A stretch of DNA of 64,000 nt from an uncultured Actinomycetota bacterium (GTDB taxonomy: Bacteria; Actinomycetota; Acidimicrobiia; Acidimicrobiales; RAAP-2), in assembly GCA_963745595.1 (NCBI GenBank), contig CAVUYB010000033.1, forward strand, positions 349 through 64,348, written 5' to 3'. The notes below the pieces were generated by a model. That model had not been told where the DNA came from, made no database searches, and worked only from the letters and a program-made list of their open reading frames with translations. The position numbers and the translations under genes were made by a program. This document shows, one piece after another, positions 63,147 through 64,000 of the stretch; position 1 is the stretch's first letter, and each line of letters begins with the position of its first letter.

Positions 63147-64000
63147 TCAGGCCCCGATGACGACCACGGACCGGAGGACCTCGCCGCGCTGCATCCGGGC
63201 GAAGGCTTCCTCGACGTCGCCGAGGCCGATCGTCTCGGAGACGAAGCCGTCGAGATCGAGCCGGCCCCGTAGGTAGAGGTCGATCAGGATCGGGAAGTCC
63301 CGGGTCGGCAGGCAGTCGCCGTACCAGGAGGACTTGAGCGCGCCGCCCCGGCCGAACAGCTCGATCATCGGCAGCTCGATCGTCATCGACGGATCCGGCA
63401 CGCCGACCTGGACGAGCGTGCCGGCGAGATCGCGGGCGAAGAAGGCCTGCCGGTACGTCTCGGGCCGGCCGACGGCCTCGATGACGACGTCGGCCCCGTT
63501 GCCTCCGGTCAGTCCCCGGATGGCCTCGACCGGGTCGGTGCCGCGGGCATCGACGGTGTGGGTGGCGCCGAACCGGCGGGCCCACTCGAGCTTGCGGTCG
63601 TCGACGTCGACGGCGATGACCATCCGGGCGCCGGCGATCACCGCGCCGGCGATGGCCGCGTCGCCGACGCCGCCGCAGCCGATGACGGCCACCGTGTCGC
63701 CGGACGACACGCCGCCGGTGTTGACCGCCGCGCCGTAGCCGGCCATGACGCCACAGCCGATGAGCCCGGCCGCCTCCGGCCGGGCGGCCGGGTCGACCTT
63801 CACCGCCTGGCCGGCCGCGACGAGCGTCTTTTCGGCGAACGCGCCGATGCCGAGGGCCGGACTGAGTGGCGTCCCGTCTGCCAGCGTCATCGGCTGGGCG
63901 GCGTTCGCGCTGTCGAAGCAGTACCACGGCCGGCCGCGGCGACAGGACCGGCAGTGGCCGCACGGTGCCCGCCACGCCAGGACGACGTAGTCGCCGGTCG
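63147..64000 (-). CDS. Zn-dependent alcohol dehydrogenase family (class III / mycothiol-dependent formaldehyde dehydrogenase-like); 5' end lies beyond the window
   Basis: Rossmann motif [16 protein letters not shown] and ...[11 protein letters not shown].... Upstream in frame to the window edge is [26 protein letters not shown], the structural-zinc Cys cluster. Confidence 0.85.
   Translation of the reverse strand, partial: TGDYVVLAWRAPCGHCRSCRRGRPWYCFDSANAAQPMTLADGTPLSPALGIGAFAEKTLVAAGQAVKVDPAARPEAAGLIGCGVMAGYGAAVNTGGVSSGDTVAVIGCGGVGDAAIAGAVIAGARMVIAVDVDDRKLEWARRFGATHTVDARGTDPVEAIRGLTGGNGADVVIEAVGRPETYRQAFFARDLAGTLVQVGVPDPSMTIELPMIELFGRGGALKSSWYGDCLPTRDFPILIDLYLRGRLDLDGFVSETIGLGDVEEAFARMQRGEVLRSVVVIGA

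Overview
High-GC window (by eye above 70% G+C, with strong GC3 bias), probably from an Actinomycetota-type genome, possibly Acidimicrobiia-like; this taxon guess is low confidence. All family calls come from reading the supplied translations for motifs. No BLAST or HMM search was possible.

A near-complete Gram-positive-type flagellar regulon fills about 13.5-58.5 kb:
- two FliA/WhiG-type sigma factors plus a truncated sigma-like ORF
- flbD-motA-motB-fliL
- flgN-flgK-flgL-fliW
- a minus-strand flhA / flhF-like / small membrane protein / tandem-CsrA operon
- a 9.6-kb glycosyltransferase/methyltransferase island divergent from fliC
- fliC, then fliD-fliS
- a 17-kb operon: flgB-flgC-fliE-fliF-fliG-fliH-fliI-fliJ, a peptidoglycan hydrolase, fliK-flgD-flgE-fliM-fliN-fliO-fliP-fliQ-fliR-flhB, then three uncharacterised genes

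Not seen in the window: flgF/flgG, flgM, che genes.

The left flank (0-13.5 kb) holds two large secreted repeat/propeller proteins, a DUF4258/DUF2283 pair, a DinB-like protein, a Coq4-like protein, tRNA-Met(CAU), a class III nucleotide cyclase and a ligase-only ATP-dependent DNA ligase. The right flank (60-64 kb) holds a csoR-permease(YHS) operon, two membrane proteins and a partial Zn-dependent alcohol dehydrogenase. A RelE/ParE-like toxin-antitoxin pair sits between the flhA promoter and the glycosylation island. No CRISPR array, transposase or integrase was recognised.

Main observations:
1. A conserved TCAAG-N15-GCCGAT sigma-28-like promoter motif precedes essentially every flagellar transcription unit.
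2. A duplicated single-chain CsrA-like protein lies tail-to-tail with fliW, and the fliC leader carries GGA motifs in a hairpin loop and in the Shine-Dalgarno region.
3. A sigma-70 region-1.2/2-only ORF is translationally coupled to one fliA paralog.
4. At least about 15 apparent frameshifts interrupt otherwise clearly homologous genes, including flhA. This means either assembly indel errors or gene decay.
5. In-frame 15-bp (pentapeptide) tandem repeats recur in several flagellar proteins.
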